From Octopus vulgaris (taxonomy: Eukaryota), in NCBI GenBank assembly GCA_951406725.2, contig OX597827.1, positions 4,464,001 through 4,528,000 of the forward strand: a stretch of DNA of 64,000 nucleotides, read 5' to 3'. Of the stretch, positions 38,681 through 51,628 are shown piece by piece. How positions within the stretch are numbered: the stretch's first letter is position 1; each line of letters begins with the position of its first letter. The notes beneath the pieces are model-generated. The model ran no database searches and had not been told where the DNA came from. It saw nothing but the letters and a program-made list of their open reading frames with translations. The position numbers were made by a program, and so were the translations under genes.

Positions 38681-39588
38681 TAATAATAAAAGAAGCTAAA
38701 TAGAACCAGTGTGTGTGTGTGTTTATTATTGGCATAATGATCCTCCCAAGATACAACAAAATCTATTTGTACATTCCCATGAATTTTCAATTTTTAATTG
38801 AATACAGTCAATTTCGAAGAGGTATTCAATTTATCTTTTACTTGCTACAGTCACTGATCTGTGACCAAATAAGGGCACTGTCTTTACAGGGTTTAGCCAA
38901 GCAAATCAACCTCTGTACTTATTTTTCGAACTTGACTTTTATTCTAATGGTCTCTTTTGCTGAACCACTAAGTTATGCAGATGTAAACAAACCAAGTTAT
39001 CAAGTTGGTAGTGGTGGACAAACACACACACACACTTATATTCTAGCAAAAAATGGGATGGGCATAATTCTTGACCCTAGTTCTGCTCCGCAGTTCATAG
39101 AAAGCTCTGGACCATGGCTCTGCTTTATAAGGGATAAACAACAATAATAATAATTTGGCAGCTAATAAGCAAACCTGAAATAAGTAACCAACTCTAGTAG
39201 AAAGCACATTTCCCTCAAATTAGTCTTTTGAAACAAGGTAGGATGTATCGTTAGTCATAGTCTTAAACAGCACTTGGAAGGTGGTGATGATGCTTTTGGT
39301 CATAGGACAGCTCAACCAAGGTTGACCAGGGGCTAGACTGCAATAACCACAGCAATGTCTGACATCTCTAACAAACTAGACATTCAAATGAGTCATGAAA
39401 CATATATTCTGTTTAAATGTTATAAATATAAATACTAAGTAAGAAAAATAACAAATGAAATTTAATTAAAGGGAAGATACTGAACAGTTTGTTAAATTAG
39501 TATAAGAATGGTTTTTATTTATTTTATTATTATTTTTTTGGCAAAATCAAAGAAGGAATGGTAATGCTTGTAATCCCTTTCAGAATCT

Positions 39589-39747
39589 TTATAACAGGTG
39601 GGAGAAAAAGCAACAAAAGCAAAAAACAAAACAAACAGGAAAAAGGAAAAGTAGAGAGGTAATCCCCCAAACCAGATATCTGGACCTGAATGCATAGGAG
39701 GTGTACTTCACTAAAGGAACCCAAAGGCCTAGTTTTCTAGACATCAT
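39589..39747 (-). CDS. Weak candidate: start of a coding first exon or 52-aa hydrophobic peptide (MMSRKLGLWVPLVKYTSYAFRSRYL...)
   Basis: Non-repetitive ORF in a TE-free island, with an Inr-like TCAGTC about 565 nt upstream; no homology recognised. Confidence 0.2.
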   Translation of the reverse strand: MMSRKLGLWVPLVKYTSYAFRSRYLVWGITSLLFLFPVCFVFCFCCFFSHLL

Positions 39748-41202
39748 GATGATAATGATGATGATGATGTGGTGGAGGAGGAAGAGGGGTTCCCTTTCTC
39801 CCATCTCCCTCACCCTCTTCCTCGCTCTCTCTCATTCTTTCTTGCTCTCTCTTAATCTTACATGCTTCACTTGGCCTAATAAACTTGTGCTCATTCGATT
39901 GGCTAATGCCATTTGTTTGCAAAAATTAGTTTTATGCCAACTCATAAGAAAAATCAATAATTTTTTTTTTTTCTTTTTCTTTTTAAACTCCTTAATTATG
40001 CCACTATTGTGATTATGAAATTAATGCTAATACCAATCAATGATTTAGTTTTCAGAAACAAAACTTTGCTGCCATGTAACTCATCTGCAAACAAGGATCA
40101 CACTTTTTCACTTTTATCTCTTTCCATATATAATCCATTATCATGAACTGTAGAGTGTTTTATAAACTTTCATGACCAGTCAGCATATAATAAATATATA
40201 AAAAGTTCTTTTCTTTTTACATTCTTATTATGTAATGAATGAAAGAGAGAGAGAGGGGGGAAGAGAGGGAGGGAGAGGGAATTTCCAAAGATGAAGCTTT
40301 GCACGACTGAGTCCGAATAAAGCCATTCATATGGAATAAAAGAAGACCTGCCAGTTTACACCCATGCACAAATGCACATCTTTACAAACATGGGTAACAT
40401 TCATTAATTACAGCTTTAGCTCAACTTCTATTTTTCCTTTCTTTCTTGCCTTCTGTTTTTCTTTCCTTCCTTCTTCCTTTCATTGCTCCGTACACACACA
40501 AATAGATTTAAAATTCAGACACACAAACACACAAACACACAAGCACACACACACACACACACACACATGCATATGAAGTCATACGGGAAAACTTTATTGA
40601 AAAGTTATGTTAAATGGACAAGTTTTAACATAAAACTTCTGTACAGAAATATAATACAAGAAGAATGCAACTACACCTTTATATTGATTGAATAACTAAA
40701 TAATTAACACTAATTAGCAACAAAAAAAAAGTAGTAAAAAGGAACCCAACTTGTTTGACATATAGAAGCATTTCCTGATCTATGAATGGGTTAAAACCCA
40801 AATTAGGACATGGTGTAATTAGGTAAGGCTGTAACGATAAAATCTTTTACTTACGAAAGACATGGTTTTGTGACTAAGAAACTTATTTTGCAACCATGCT
40901 GTTTTGAGTTCAGTCCCACTGAGTAGCACCTTGAGCAAGTATTTTTTTTTACAATAGTCCCAGGATGACCAATGCCTCGTAAGTTAATTCAGTTGACACA
41001 AACTGTATGGAAACCTTTTGTATATATGTATATATGCACTTGTGTGTGTGTCTTTGTGTGTGTCCCCACCACTGCTTGACAACCAGTGTTAGTTTGTTTA
41101 CATCCGCATAGCTTAGCAGTTTGGAAAAAGAGGCTGATAGAAGATATATCAGACTTTTCAAAAAACGGGAACTGGATTTTTAGTTTTTATATCATTATAT
41201 TA

Positions 41203-41415
41203 TTTAGTTTCAGCTCACAAGCTGTGGCCATGCTGGGGCACCGCCATTTGGTGTTGCTACATGATTTTTACTTCACGAATGCTTTTTAGCAAATGCCATC
41301 TGGTGCATGAGAGAGTTCGATGCAGCTGCCCTCATCTGCACCTCCTGCCGTGAAGTTGGTTCATCTGGGACACCTGACAAGAAGAGATCCAGTTTCATTT
41401 TAAAGACATCTGCAT
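41203..41415 (-). mobile_element. CR1-group LINE 3' end
   Basis: ADVFKMKLDLFLSGVPDEPTSRQEVQMRAAASNSLMHQ* followed by tail ggcggtgccccagcatggccacagcttgtgagctgaaacta. Confidence 0.85.
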
Positions 41416-42039
41416 TTTTAGTTTGTTCAAGGCGGTGCCCCAGCATGGTCACAGTCTAATATGATGAAAAATAACTGTAAAAGTGTTCCTGAAATATTAT
41501 ACTTAAGCCAGAGGCATAGAAACCCTAATGAAACGTATATTGTAAACAAAACCAAGAAATATTTTCCAGACAGATATGGCAAACATCGATGAATCAAATT
41601 TACAGAAAAAATTTTATTCATTTTTTCTTTTAACTTTTATTCTTATATTCTTTTATTTGTTTCAGTGATTAGACTGCAGCCATGATAGGCCACAGCCTTG
41701 AAGGGCTTAGTCAAACAAATTGACCCCTATACTTTTTCTCTAGGCCTGGTACCTATTCTGTCGGCCTCGTTTTGGCAAACGGTTTGAGTTATGGGGATGT
41801 AAACAAACCAACACTTGTGTCAAGTGGTTGTGGAGTTCAAACAAAAAAAACAAACAAACATACACACACACACACGCACGCACACAAACACACACACACA
41901 CACACAAACACGTGCACACACACACATGCATGCACACACACACACACACACACACATATATACATACATATATATATATATATGCGTGTGTATATATATA
42001 TGTATGTGTGTATATATATATATATATAACACATACACA

Positions 42040-42247
42040 CACAACTTGGCACAAAGTCAGACACAGAATTAAGTTCAATGCTCTCCAAAATTTTCAAAGA
42101 CATGCTTCAATTTTTCTAAAATTAAATAAATAAAATAATGATGAATATACATGTGTTTGTAAATGGTAAACAAAGTGAATAATAAGAAGAACTCAATACA
42201 AATAAAATTTGAACTGTTTTGTGCCATGACTTTTGGCCATCACTGTA
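42040..42247. mobile_element. Tc1-like MITE, left end decayed
   Basis: Right end tgacttttggccatcactg|ta (CAGTGATGGCCAAAAGTCA on the minus strand); degenerate left tggcacaaagtca. Confidence 0.5.
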
Positions 42248-42262
42248 AATATATATATATAT

Positions 42263-42657
42263 ACAGGAGTGGCTGTGTGGTAAGTAGCTTGCTAACCAAC
42301 CACATGGTTCCGTGTTCAGTCCCACTACGTGGCATCTTGGGCAAGTGTCTTCTGCTATAGCCCCGGGCCGACCAATGCCTTGTGAGTGGATTTGGTAGAC
42401 GGAAACTGAAAGAAGCCTGTCGTATATATGTATATATATATATATGTGTATGTGTGTGTGTTTGTCCCCCTAGCATTGCTTGACAACCGATGCTGGTGTG
42501 TTTACGTCCCCGTCACTTAGCGGTTCGGCAAAAGAGACTGATAGAATAAGTACTGGGCTTACAAAGAATAAGTCCCGGGGTCGATTTGCCCGACTAAAGG
42601 CGGTGCTCCAGCCTGGCCTCAGTCAAATGACTGAAACAAGTAAAAGAATAAAAAGAG

Positions 42658-42658
<1 letters not shown>
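42263..42658 (+). mobile_element. SINE family A nested in an older minus-strand copy (41650-41850 and 42705-42850)
   Basis: Consensus match; flanking halves are colinear with family A. Confidence 0.9.
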
Positions 42659-42710
<52 letters not shown>

Positions 42711-43984
42711 TTCTATCAGTTTCTGTCTACCAAATCTACTTGTAAGGCTGTGATTAGCCAGGGGGCTATAGGAGAATACACTTGCCTAAGATGCCATGCA
42801 GTGGAACTGAACTCAGAAATATGTGGTTGGGAAGCAAGCTTCTTACCACAGGGTCATGGAAGATTATTGATCTGCTAAAAATGGGTTGCTTTAACAGATG
42901 GCAAAGAACCACTTTATTATTGAAACCTGCTGAATTTATCTCCCTTGCTTGTTCTAAGTTTTAAGCATCCCCAAGAATGTCTGTCTAGCAATTGCTTTGA
43001 ATACCATACTGAATGGCATTACAGGACACTTTGTTTTTACCATAAAGTCTCAAAAATATCATCTCATGTCCTATGTGGAAAGTGGAACCTATATTAGATA
43101 TTTTAATGCACTAAAAATATTGTTCTTGAATATGCTCTGCTGAAATTGGGATATATTTATAATACACCTGTACACCTGTTATGCCATCAAATACAATAAT
43201 CTCAGTTTAGCAAAGTTTTTCAACTCACTAAATTATATGAGATCTTATTATATCCGTTTGTCTGTCTTTGTTTGTCCACTCTGTGTGTAGCCCCCTTGTG
43301 GGCAGTAAAGCAATAAGAAACTGAAAGAAGCCAATTGTTGATCGCTGGGGTCAATGTAAACAACTTACCCACTTCCCTGAAATTGCTGGCCTTGTGCCAA
43401 AATTTGAAATCAGTATAACTTTACTGTCTTTTTTTTCAAAACATATTCTGAGGATAGGTTTTAATTTCGATAGAAACTGTTTTGTATCATAAAACCTGGA
43501 ATGGTCCCCAGTGAGAATGCTACCAATATGATCAACACTAATCAAAAACATCAAGTTTAAAATATTAACAATTATCAAAAGCATTCTTCAAAATCCACAA
43601 GAAATTCTGTAAACTGAAGTTCTAATTCTCAAAGGCATAGCATCACGCTTATTCAGAAATATTGACATCTGTATATTTACAAAGAAAAGATACAAGTATG
43701 ATGAACACAAATATGAGAACCTAAAAATATACAGATATATGTATATATGTATGTATGTGTGTGTGTGTTTATGTATGTGTGTGTGTTTATGTATGTATAT
43801 GTGTGTGTGTGTGTGTGTATTACTTTGAGTTTTATTTAAATTCTCAGGAGAGTTCAAGCCAGTTGCTAACAAAGCGACAAGACTTTTTGAGTTAAGCGAG
43901 TTCTTGGATTTTGTAAATGTGTGGTTGAGTTGGGATGTTGGTTGAATTGTTGATGCCATGCACCCATGTGTGTGCATCTATTCG

Positions 43985-44155
43985 CATAAGAATCTCAAAT
44001 GGAGAATTTTGGGAATATCTTACAACTCTCCACTGCGCCACTAATAGATTGAATTTAGAGAACCAGCATCAGAATTCTTTTGCTCTTTCATCATGAAACC
44101 AAGTATTTCTAGATTTTTATGCAAATTTCTTGGTACATAACCTAATGCACCTATT
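43985..44155 (-). pseudogene. RLE-type LINE C-terminal fragment
   Basis: IGALGYVPRNLHKNLEILGF..IQSISGAV. Confidence 0.55.
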
Positions 44156-44379
44156 TATCGATCTATCAATCTTATTTCTTTACTGCCCACAAGGGACTGC
44201 ACACAGAGGGGAAAAACAAGGGTAGACCAACGGATTAAGTCAATTATATCGACCCCAGAGCGTAATTGGTACTTATTTAATTAACCCCAAAAGGATGAAA
44301 GGCAAAGTTACCTATGTGTGTATGTATGCTGCATATTTAAGTATTTATGTGTATGTATGTATGTATGTATGTATGTATG

Positions 44380-44450
<71 letters not shown>

Positions 44451-44634
44451 GTATGTACATATGTATGTATGTACTGTGTTCATACATAAAACACAATAGT
44501 CTAAGCACAAAGTTGGGGGCACATAAATGTTAATATGCACAAGATGAAGGTGTAATCAGAAGCAGCAGAAGTTCTGCATAGCACATTGCAGTTCAAATCC
44601 TTTTACACTTCTCTTTCAACATCTTACTCTAGAT

Positions 44635-45357
44635 CAGGGGCTTCCCAACCATATTTTATCCATGGACCCCTTTGATTACTCTTCTTTTCTGGTGGACCCC
44701 AACAGTCATTCCATGTTTAAAAACTAGTTTTATAGAAACTTCTTTCAAAATTCCTATTTTGTTTTGCACACATTAATTTGTGCAGGTTGAACTGCACAAA
44801 ATGCCAGAGAAAGAAACCTCACTGTTTCTTGCAAATACAAACATCTAAAGTAAAACTTTTTCAGGGACCCATAGAATACTTTTGTGGATCCCCTATTTAC
44901 TATTTTCTTGCATGGAACCCCAAATATCTTATTGTTTCTTTGTTGAGCGAAGCAGTCTTCGTCCCAGTGCTCGCAAGATGGGAGAAGTCCGAAACGTGAT
45001 CGTTTGCTATTCGTAAGACCCGCTGAAGAGAAAGCAGCTGAACCCCTGACACCAAGAGCATCAACGGATGGATGAATGCGCATACAGGTTCAGCGGTTGC
45101 GTAGGAAGTCGGGCACAAGAAACAGGAAGAAAGAGTGAGAGACAGTTGGGACGAAAGAGTACAACAGGGGTCACCACAACTCCCTTGTGGAGCTTTAGGT
45201 GTTTTCACTCAATAAACACACACAACGCCCAGTCTGGGAATCGAAACCGCGATCCTCCGACCACGAGTCCGCTGCTTTAACCACCGGGCCATTGCGCCTC
45301 CACAAATTTCTTATATGGACCCTGAAGGGCCATAAGGACCCCGGTTGAGAACCACTG
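44635..45357. mobile_element. hAT (Charlie-like) MITE with an inserted SINE
   Basis: TIRs caggggcttcccaacc / ggttgagaaccactg; 8-bp TSD ctctagat / ctatagat; subterminal ggaccc repeats. Confidence 0.88.
44933..45302 (-). mobile_element. tRNA-derived SINE family E, tail type 1
   Basis: Head ggcgcaatggcccggtggttaa..ggtttcgattccc; TSD caaatatcttat / caaatttcttat. Confidence 0.88.
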
Positions 45358-45629
45358 CTATAGATAATCTGTAAGAGCAGTAATTTTTAAAGTACTTCCT
45401 TACAACTACTTTATTTTTAATTATGCAATGAAAATTAATTGAAAAAGAAACCAAATTTTATCAGATAATTACAAAAGTAGAAGCTTTTTTATGGTTGTTA
45501 TCTCATCTGGTTATCACTATGAATCACCACCATCAACGTCATCCTCCTCCTCATCATCATTGTTGTTATCCTCATCTTCATCGTCGTCGTCATTGTCGTC
45601 ATCGTTGTCATCGTCATCATCATCATCTA

Positions 45630-46190
45630 ACTTCTCTTTTCATGGGTTGAACAGTTTGGCAGGATCCAGTAAGCTGCAGTGCTATGCTGAGTTTTAGGGT
45701 CTCTTTTGGCAGGGTTTCTTCGGTTGGATGCCCTTCCTAATGCTAGCCATATTCCACTGTATTACTGGATGCTTACTTCTTTTTATCTCTTACTTTGTGT
45801 GTGTGTGTGTGTGCTACTTGAACTAGTGACGTTGCCAAGTAACTTGCAAGACAGAAAATAAACAAACAGGGGAAAAGGAAAAATTTTCCATTAAGTGTTG
45901 GTGGCGGTGGTGGTGGTGGTGGCGGCGACGGCGGCGGTCTTGTCGGTGGCAGTGAGTAGTTTTTGAGAGGGGAGGGTGTCTTCTTGCTAAGTGTTGAAAG
46001 GATAGGGTATGAGAGAGGGACAAGCACAAGTAGTGTCTTGCTAAAGAGTGGGTGGACAGTTGGAGAAACTGAGAAGGAGATAAAAGAAGGTAGTGAAAGC
46101 GTGCCAGAGCAAACTCTCAAGGTACAAGAAGATGAACAGAAGAGAATAAGAGAGGATATGATCTGTGGGTTGTGGTAGGGGAGGAGAGAG
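45630..46190 (-). mobile_element. Longer diverged family D-related element
   Basis: ggatgcccttcctaatgc block and degenerate (TCA)n tail at 45525-45627; extends 5' through aagtaacttgcaagacag. Confidence 0.55.
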
Positions 46191-47571
46191 TGGACATTTA
46201 GAATGGTTTTTCGTTTTCAAAGTATAATTGGTACTTATTGAAATTTCTGTTTTTACAAATTCTTATTTTAATAAATATCTATTTTCTGTACGATGCACTT
46301 TAAAAAATAAAAAAAACATTGCCAAAGGTCATTAGTTTGTTTGATATGCATGTCTGAATCAAGGTCCCTTAGTGGCTGAAACTGAAAAACCCACAACTTA
46401 TGGACCCAATGTGCCAAGAGCATAATTTCTGTTACTAAATCATATTCAATAAAGTAGAATTTATATTTTTAATGTCTTTGTTACATCTGGAATATACATT
46501 TGTATTTTATGGCAAAAGAGACACTGAAAGTCAGCATAGCGCTGCAGTCTGTTGGATCATGTCAAACTGATCGACCCATGACAGGATGGAAGACAGAAAT
46601 TAAATGATGATGATAATGAAGAAGAATTATTGAGTTTTAGTATCAAGTAAAATTTTTAAAAACCAGCATAACACGAACTGTGCTTCGTTTATATAAGGGA
46701 AGTAACTCTAAAAAATGGATATAAAGTTATTTCCCTTAGACAGTCTAAATTACGATATTTTATTTCTTTTAGTTCAGCTAGATTTATTTTCTCTATTTCT
46801 TGCGACTGCTATGCCCATATCAGCAAGCGATTGTGTTACTACACTTGTCAGAGAACGTTTCCCTCTGCCTTAGTCCGCAATTGGACATGTAAATACAATT
46901 TGATTACTGAGATCTCACAAAAAATACTTAATTCATAATTACGGATAATTTTGGGAATAATAACGACATGCCACGGAAATTTTGAATAATTATTTGAATT
47001 TCAAATTATTTAGTCGGCAAAACAATTATGAGACTGCATATTTTTACCTATCAAATAAAAGACCATTCAACTAAGTGATTACTGCTACAAAGGTATTTGA
47101 GAATTGGTGCTTATGCAACAAGGTGAAGAAATACCTTGCTGAAATTGTATTCATAAAAATCCCATCTCATAAATATTTAAAGCACCTTCACCACTAACAA
47201 TGTGCTGGTTTAATCATCGTAAATTAATGAACAAAAATAGCTCTTTTCTCAGAAATTAGAGTTGAGGAAATGTTTATTGATTTGAAGTGTTCAGCTTAGG
47301 ACCAGTGTAAGATATGAATTCACAAATCCCCACTTAATTTTTTTTTTTCAGATTTCTCAAAGAATAATCCAGTATCGAATAAAATACAAATAAAAACATT
47401 GAATAAAATATGCAAATTAAGAGATGCTGTAGTAAAGCTATGGACCAATATTGTGGATATGTCAAAGCAAGTCAGGTATTAAGGTGATGAGTTAATATGG
47501 TGGAGAGAGGTGGGAAGCCGGGAAGGAATGAAAGAAAGGGAACAGCATGTAGACATATCACGAAGCTATAC

Positions 47572-47803
47572 CTATTTCTTTACTACTCACAAGGGGCTAA
47601 ACATAGAGAGGACAAACAAGGACAGACAAACGGATTAAGTCGAATATATCGACTCCAGTGCGTAACTGGTACTTAATTTATCGACCCCGAAAGGATGAAA
47701 GGCAAAGTCAACCTCAGCGGAATTTGAACTCAGAATGTAACGGCAGACGAAATACTGCTAAGCATTTCGCCCGGCGTGCTAACGTTTCTGCCAGCTTGCT
47801 GCC
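47572..47803 (-). mobile_element. SINE family B, young long-tail subtype
   Basis: Near-identical to 34455-34686. Confidence 0.9.
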
Positions 47804-48887
47804 ATATCACGAAGCAAGATGCAGTCCTACCGGGTCCTTGGGTACTTTTAGATGTATGCATACTGTTGTAAGTATCTGAGCCAGATCTAAATTTTAAGGA
47901 AATGTTCCTATCCTCCTTTCCAAACACGATGCTCAGACTACTGTAAATTGTTTTTCATTTTTTCCCTCTCTCTCTTTCGGAGAGGCACAAGCACCTAGTA
48001 ATAAATATTGGTCTTCCACATCTGGTTAACTCATTCATTCTTTTTTAATATATCAGATGTATCTAACCAGAAAGGAAAGTTGAAACTAAAAAGTTTCGTA
48101 ATTTTCTGTGCTGTGGGGATGAAAAGTGGGGAATGTTCCTAATTTCCAGGCAATGTGTTTGTATGAACCATGATATCATTGGAGAAATAAAAGTGTCTGA
48201 AACAATACTGGTGCACTTTCCTTTAGTGTTAATGAAAAAGACAAAAAAAGAACTTATGGATTACTTTACAGAACTGTAGAATAAGGAGTGTGAGAAATGT
48301 GGGGAAGGAGTTCTCTGAGTGAAGCCAATGGGAAACCTTCAATTAGTTTGATAATGACAAAGCAGACATAGTAAAATGTCTATTTACACTAACATGAAAA
48401 CTAACAAGAAACATCAACTTGACACCTCGATTAGATTATATTTTCAACATCTAGAATGAGCAAACTTGTTTATGATACTAGACCTGATTAGTTTCTATTT
48501 CCATTTCCCACAGAAATTAGTGTTCAATGGTTCGTTATAGTAAGTCTTCTCAATCTACTTTTATCTTCTACAACTCTGAAAATGATTATTCATTACTAAA
48601 ATATGCAGCTATAGTATTGGTGTGAAATCTTGAATATTTTTGCATTCTGAATACGAAATTATGAGTGCTTATTTGTTATCAGGCGGCGAAATAGAAGCAC
48701 TACAGAATCTTCTTTAACATAACTAGCTGCAGAGTTATATTTACAAAAGTGCCTTTTCTTTAAATTCTTTATTCCTGATCTTCAGGATATGCCACAACAA
48801 GATCAGTAAATTGCTTTATATCGTCTTTGGATGTAAATGATTAAATCTATGAAGGAATCAATTGTAAGCTGTCGAGTTGATGCTGGA

Positions 48888-49478
48888 GTTGTTTAACCCA
48901 AGATTAACCCTGAGACAGAGCAAGAAACCTAGGATCAAAGGTATTCTTTACTCTTTTACATGTTTCAGTCATTTGACTGCGGCCATGCTGGAGCACCGCC
49001 TTTAGTCGAGCAACTCGACCCCGGGACTTATTCTTTGTAAGCCCAGTACTTATTCTATCGGTCTCTTAGGCCGAACCGCTAAGTGACAGGGACGTAAACA
49101 CACCAGCATCGGTTGTCAAGCAATGCTAGGGGTACAAACACAGACATACAAACATATACACATACATACATATACATATATATACATATATACGACAGGC
49201 TTCTTTCAGTTTCCGTCTACCAAATCCACTCACAAGGCATTGGTCGGCCCGGGGCTATAGCAGAAGACACTTGCCCAAGATGCCACGCAGTGGGACTGAA
49301 CCCAGAACCATGTGGTTGGTAAGCAAGCTACTTACCACACAGCCACTAGTTACAACCATGCCTTCTTTTATTTAGACGTAACGAGGACAGTATTAATTAA
49401 TTTTTAAAGATAATAGGGTGCAATATGAAAGAGATTTGGCTGCTATAACTAGCAGGTTGAATAATGCATAGAGACCCA
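48888..49478 (+). mobile_element. Family G repeat split by a SINE family A copy (48945-49347, minus strand)
   Basis: gttgtttaaccc..gatcaaagg and gatttggctgctat..tagcag blocks recur near 880-1045, 34395-34780, 39150-39345, 57090-57265 and 63700-63845. Confidence 0.65.
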
Positions 49479-50066
49479 GACTATCTGACAATCTCAAACA
49501 AGTCAGAAATCAAATTGTACGTAATGATCAGAGACATGTCAGTTTTAAAATTGCTTGTGTTGCCTTGGGTTTCTCGCCAGTGGCAGTCTCGGTGAAAAGA
49601 TAATTGGTTTTCTGCAATAAATCTAAGAAAGTATATTGCATTATTTGAATATACTGAAATATACAGACACATAAAATGCACTGAGTATATTTACATCCTG
49701 GCTTGCACATTGCTAAATAACACTGATAATTTCTTTGCTGATTAGTAAGTCTGAGAGAGAGAGACACAGTTCCAATACATCTTGAAGGTGAGCTTAATGC
49801 AGTTCAAAGTTTGACTTGTACTTTTTTCTGTAGGAAGATGTTTGGGAACAAGAAGTGTAGCAGGAGAAATGCTGGGAGAGAAGTTATGAAAGGAATTCAA
49901 TTTTGGAGAAAATGGACTGAATAAAATGTTTATATTGAGATGGAATCCAAGTAGAAAAATAAGTGCATTCAACAGGTTTTATGTAAGGGTGAGACATCAC
50001 AACTTCAGATGACCAGTGAGAGAGGGAGAACAGCAAGTTAGTGAGTTGGTTAACAGTTGTCACCTA

Positions 50067-50477
50067 GGTGCAGGAGTGGCTGTGTGGTAAGTAGCTTGTT
50101 TACCAGCCACATGGTTCCGGGTTCAGTCCCACTGCGTGGCACCTTGGGCAAGTGTCTTCTACTATAGCCTTGGGCCGACCAAATCCTTGTGAGTGGATTT
50201 GGTAGATGGAAACTGAAAGAAGCCCGTCATATATATATGCGTGTGTGTGTTTGTGTGTCTGTGTTTGTCCCCCTAGCATTGCTTGACAACCGATGCTGAT
50301 GTGTTTATGTCCCCGTCACTTAGCGTTACTTATGTCCCGTTACTTAGCAAAAGAGACCGATAGAATAAGTACTGGGCTTACAAAAGAATAAGTCCCGGGG
50401 TCGAGTTGCTCGATTAAAGGCGGTGCTCCAGCATGGCCGCAGTCAAATGACTGAAACAAGTAAAAGAGTAAAAGAGT
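50067..50477 (+). mobile_element. SINE family A
   Basis: Consensus match with a small internal duplication at 50305-50348. Confidence 0.92.
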
Positions 50478-51104
50478 ATTCATTCAGGTGACCTTTTTTT
50501 GGCGCGTTTCAGAAAGGATGTGATTACAGCAGATCTACTAACTTAAATATATGAGAAATATGCTATTGTGAGGTTCCTTTGTATCTCAGGAAATATACTA
50601 ACAGTTCAGAGATAGAATAAGTGTTGGCTCTGTCAAGAAAACACAACTTTTAGAAGCATTTTTCAATTTGTTATATAGTTGATATGTATCAGTCTCAGTC
50701 ACTCTTGTACTTTCGAGTACATTAGGTTGACAGCGCTAGTTTCTGTTGGCCATGGTTTTCTCTGCATGAGGCCATGTGATAATGGCCTCTCCTTTCAGTT
50801 ATGAACGTTCTGCACCAACACAAGACCACTTTATAACTTCATCACAGAGAGAAGATTAAATCTAGCAAATTACATATTCTGGCCACCAGAACAATGCCAT
50901 TCTAAAACTGCCTTCTGGCTCATATGTGACCCTATGAAAAGTCAAATGTCAGCAGAAATGATTGAGTCTTAACAGTTGTTGTAAGTTTGATGATTAGCTG
51001 TGGGTTGGTCATGAGCAGGAAGGATGTAGAATTGGAGGTGAGTGGTTCTTTTTATTTATTTATTTATTTTAGTATATGCAATATCAATGGAAATAGTAGT
51101 TGTG

Positions 51105-51421
51105 ATACCTGTGCCGGTGGCACATAAAAAGCACCATCCGAACATGGCCGATGCCAGCGCCGCCTTGGCTGGCTTCCGTGCCAGTGGCACGTTAAAAGCA
51201 CCAACCGATCGTGGCCGATGCCAGACCCCCCCTGGCACCTGTGCAGGTGGCACGTAAAAAGCACCCACTACACTCGCGGAGTGGTTGGCGTTAGGAAGGG
51301 CATCCAGCCGTAGAAACACTGCCAGATCAGACTGGAGCCTGGTGCAGTCCCTGGCTTCCCACACCCCGGTCGAACCATCCAACCCGTGCTAGCATGGAAA
51401 ATGGACGTTAAACGATGATGA
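51105..51421 (+). mobile_element. Family D element with three head repeats (periods 67 and 63 bp)
   Basis: tgcc(g/a)gtggcac(g/a)taaaaagcacc at 51112, 51179 and 51242; same body and tail as 8955-9279. Confidence 0.88.
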
Positions 51422-51429
51422 ATGATTGT

Positions 51430-51628
51430 AAGGTGGCAAACTGGCAGAATTGTTAGCATACCCAGGCAAAATGCTGAATGGCATTTCATCTATCTTTAGA
51501 TTCTGAGTTCAAATCCTACTGATGTAGACTTTGCCTTTCATCCTTTTGAGGTCAATAAAATAAGTACCAGCAGACTCGTTTTCTCCCCCCAAAATTGCTG
51601 GCCTTGTGCCAAAATTTGAAATCAATAT
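51430..51628 (+). mobile_element. SINE family B
   Basis: Consensus match. Confidence 0.82.
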
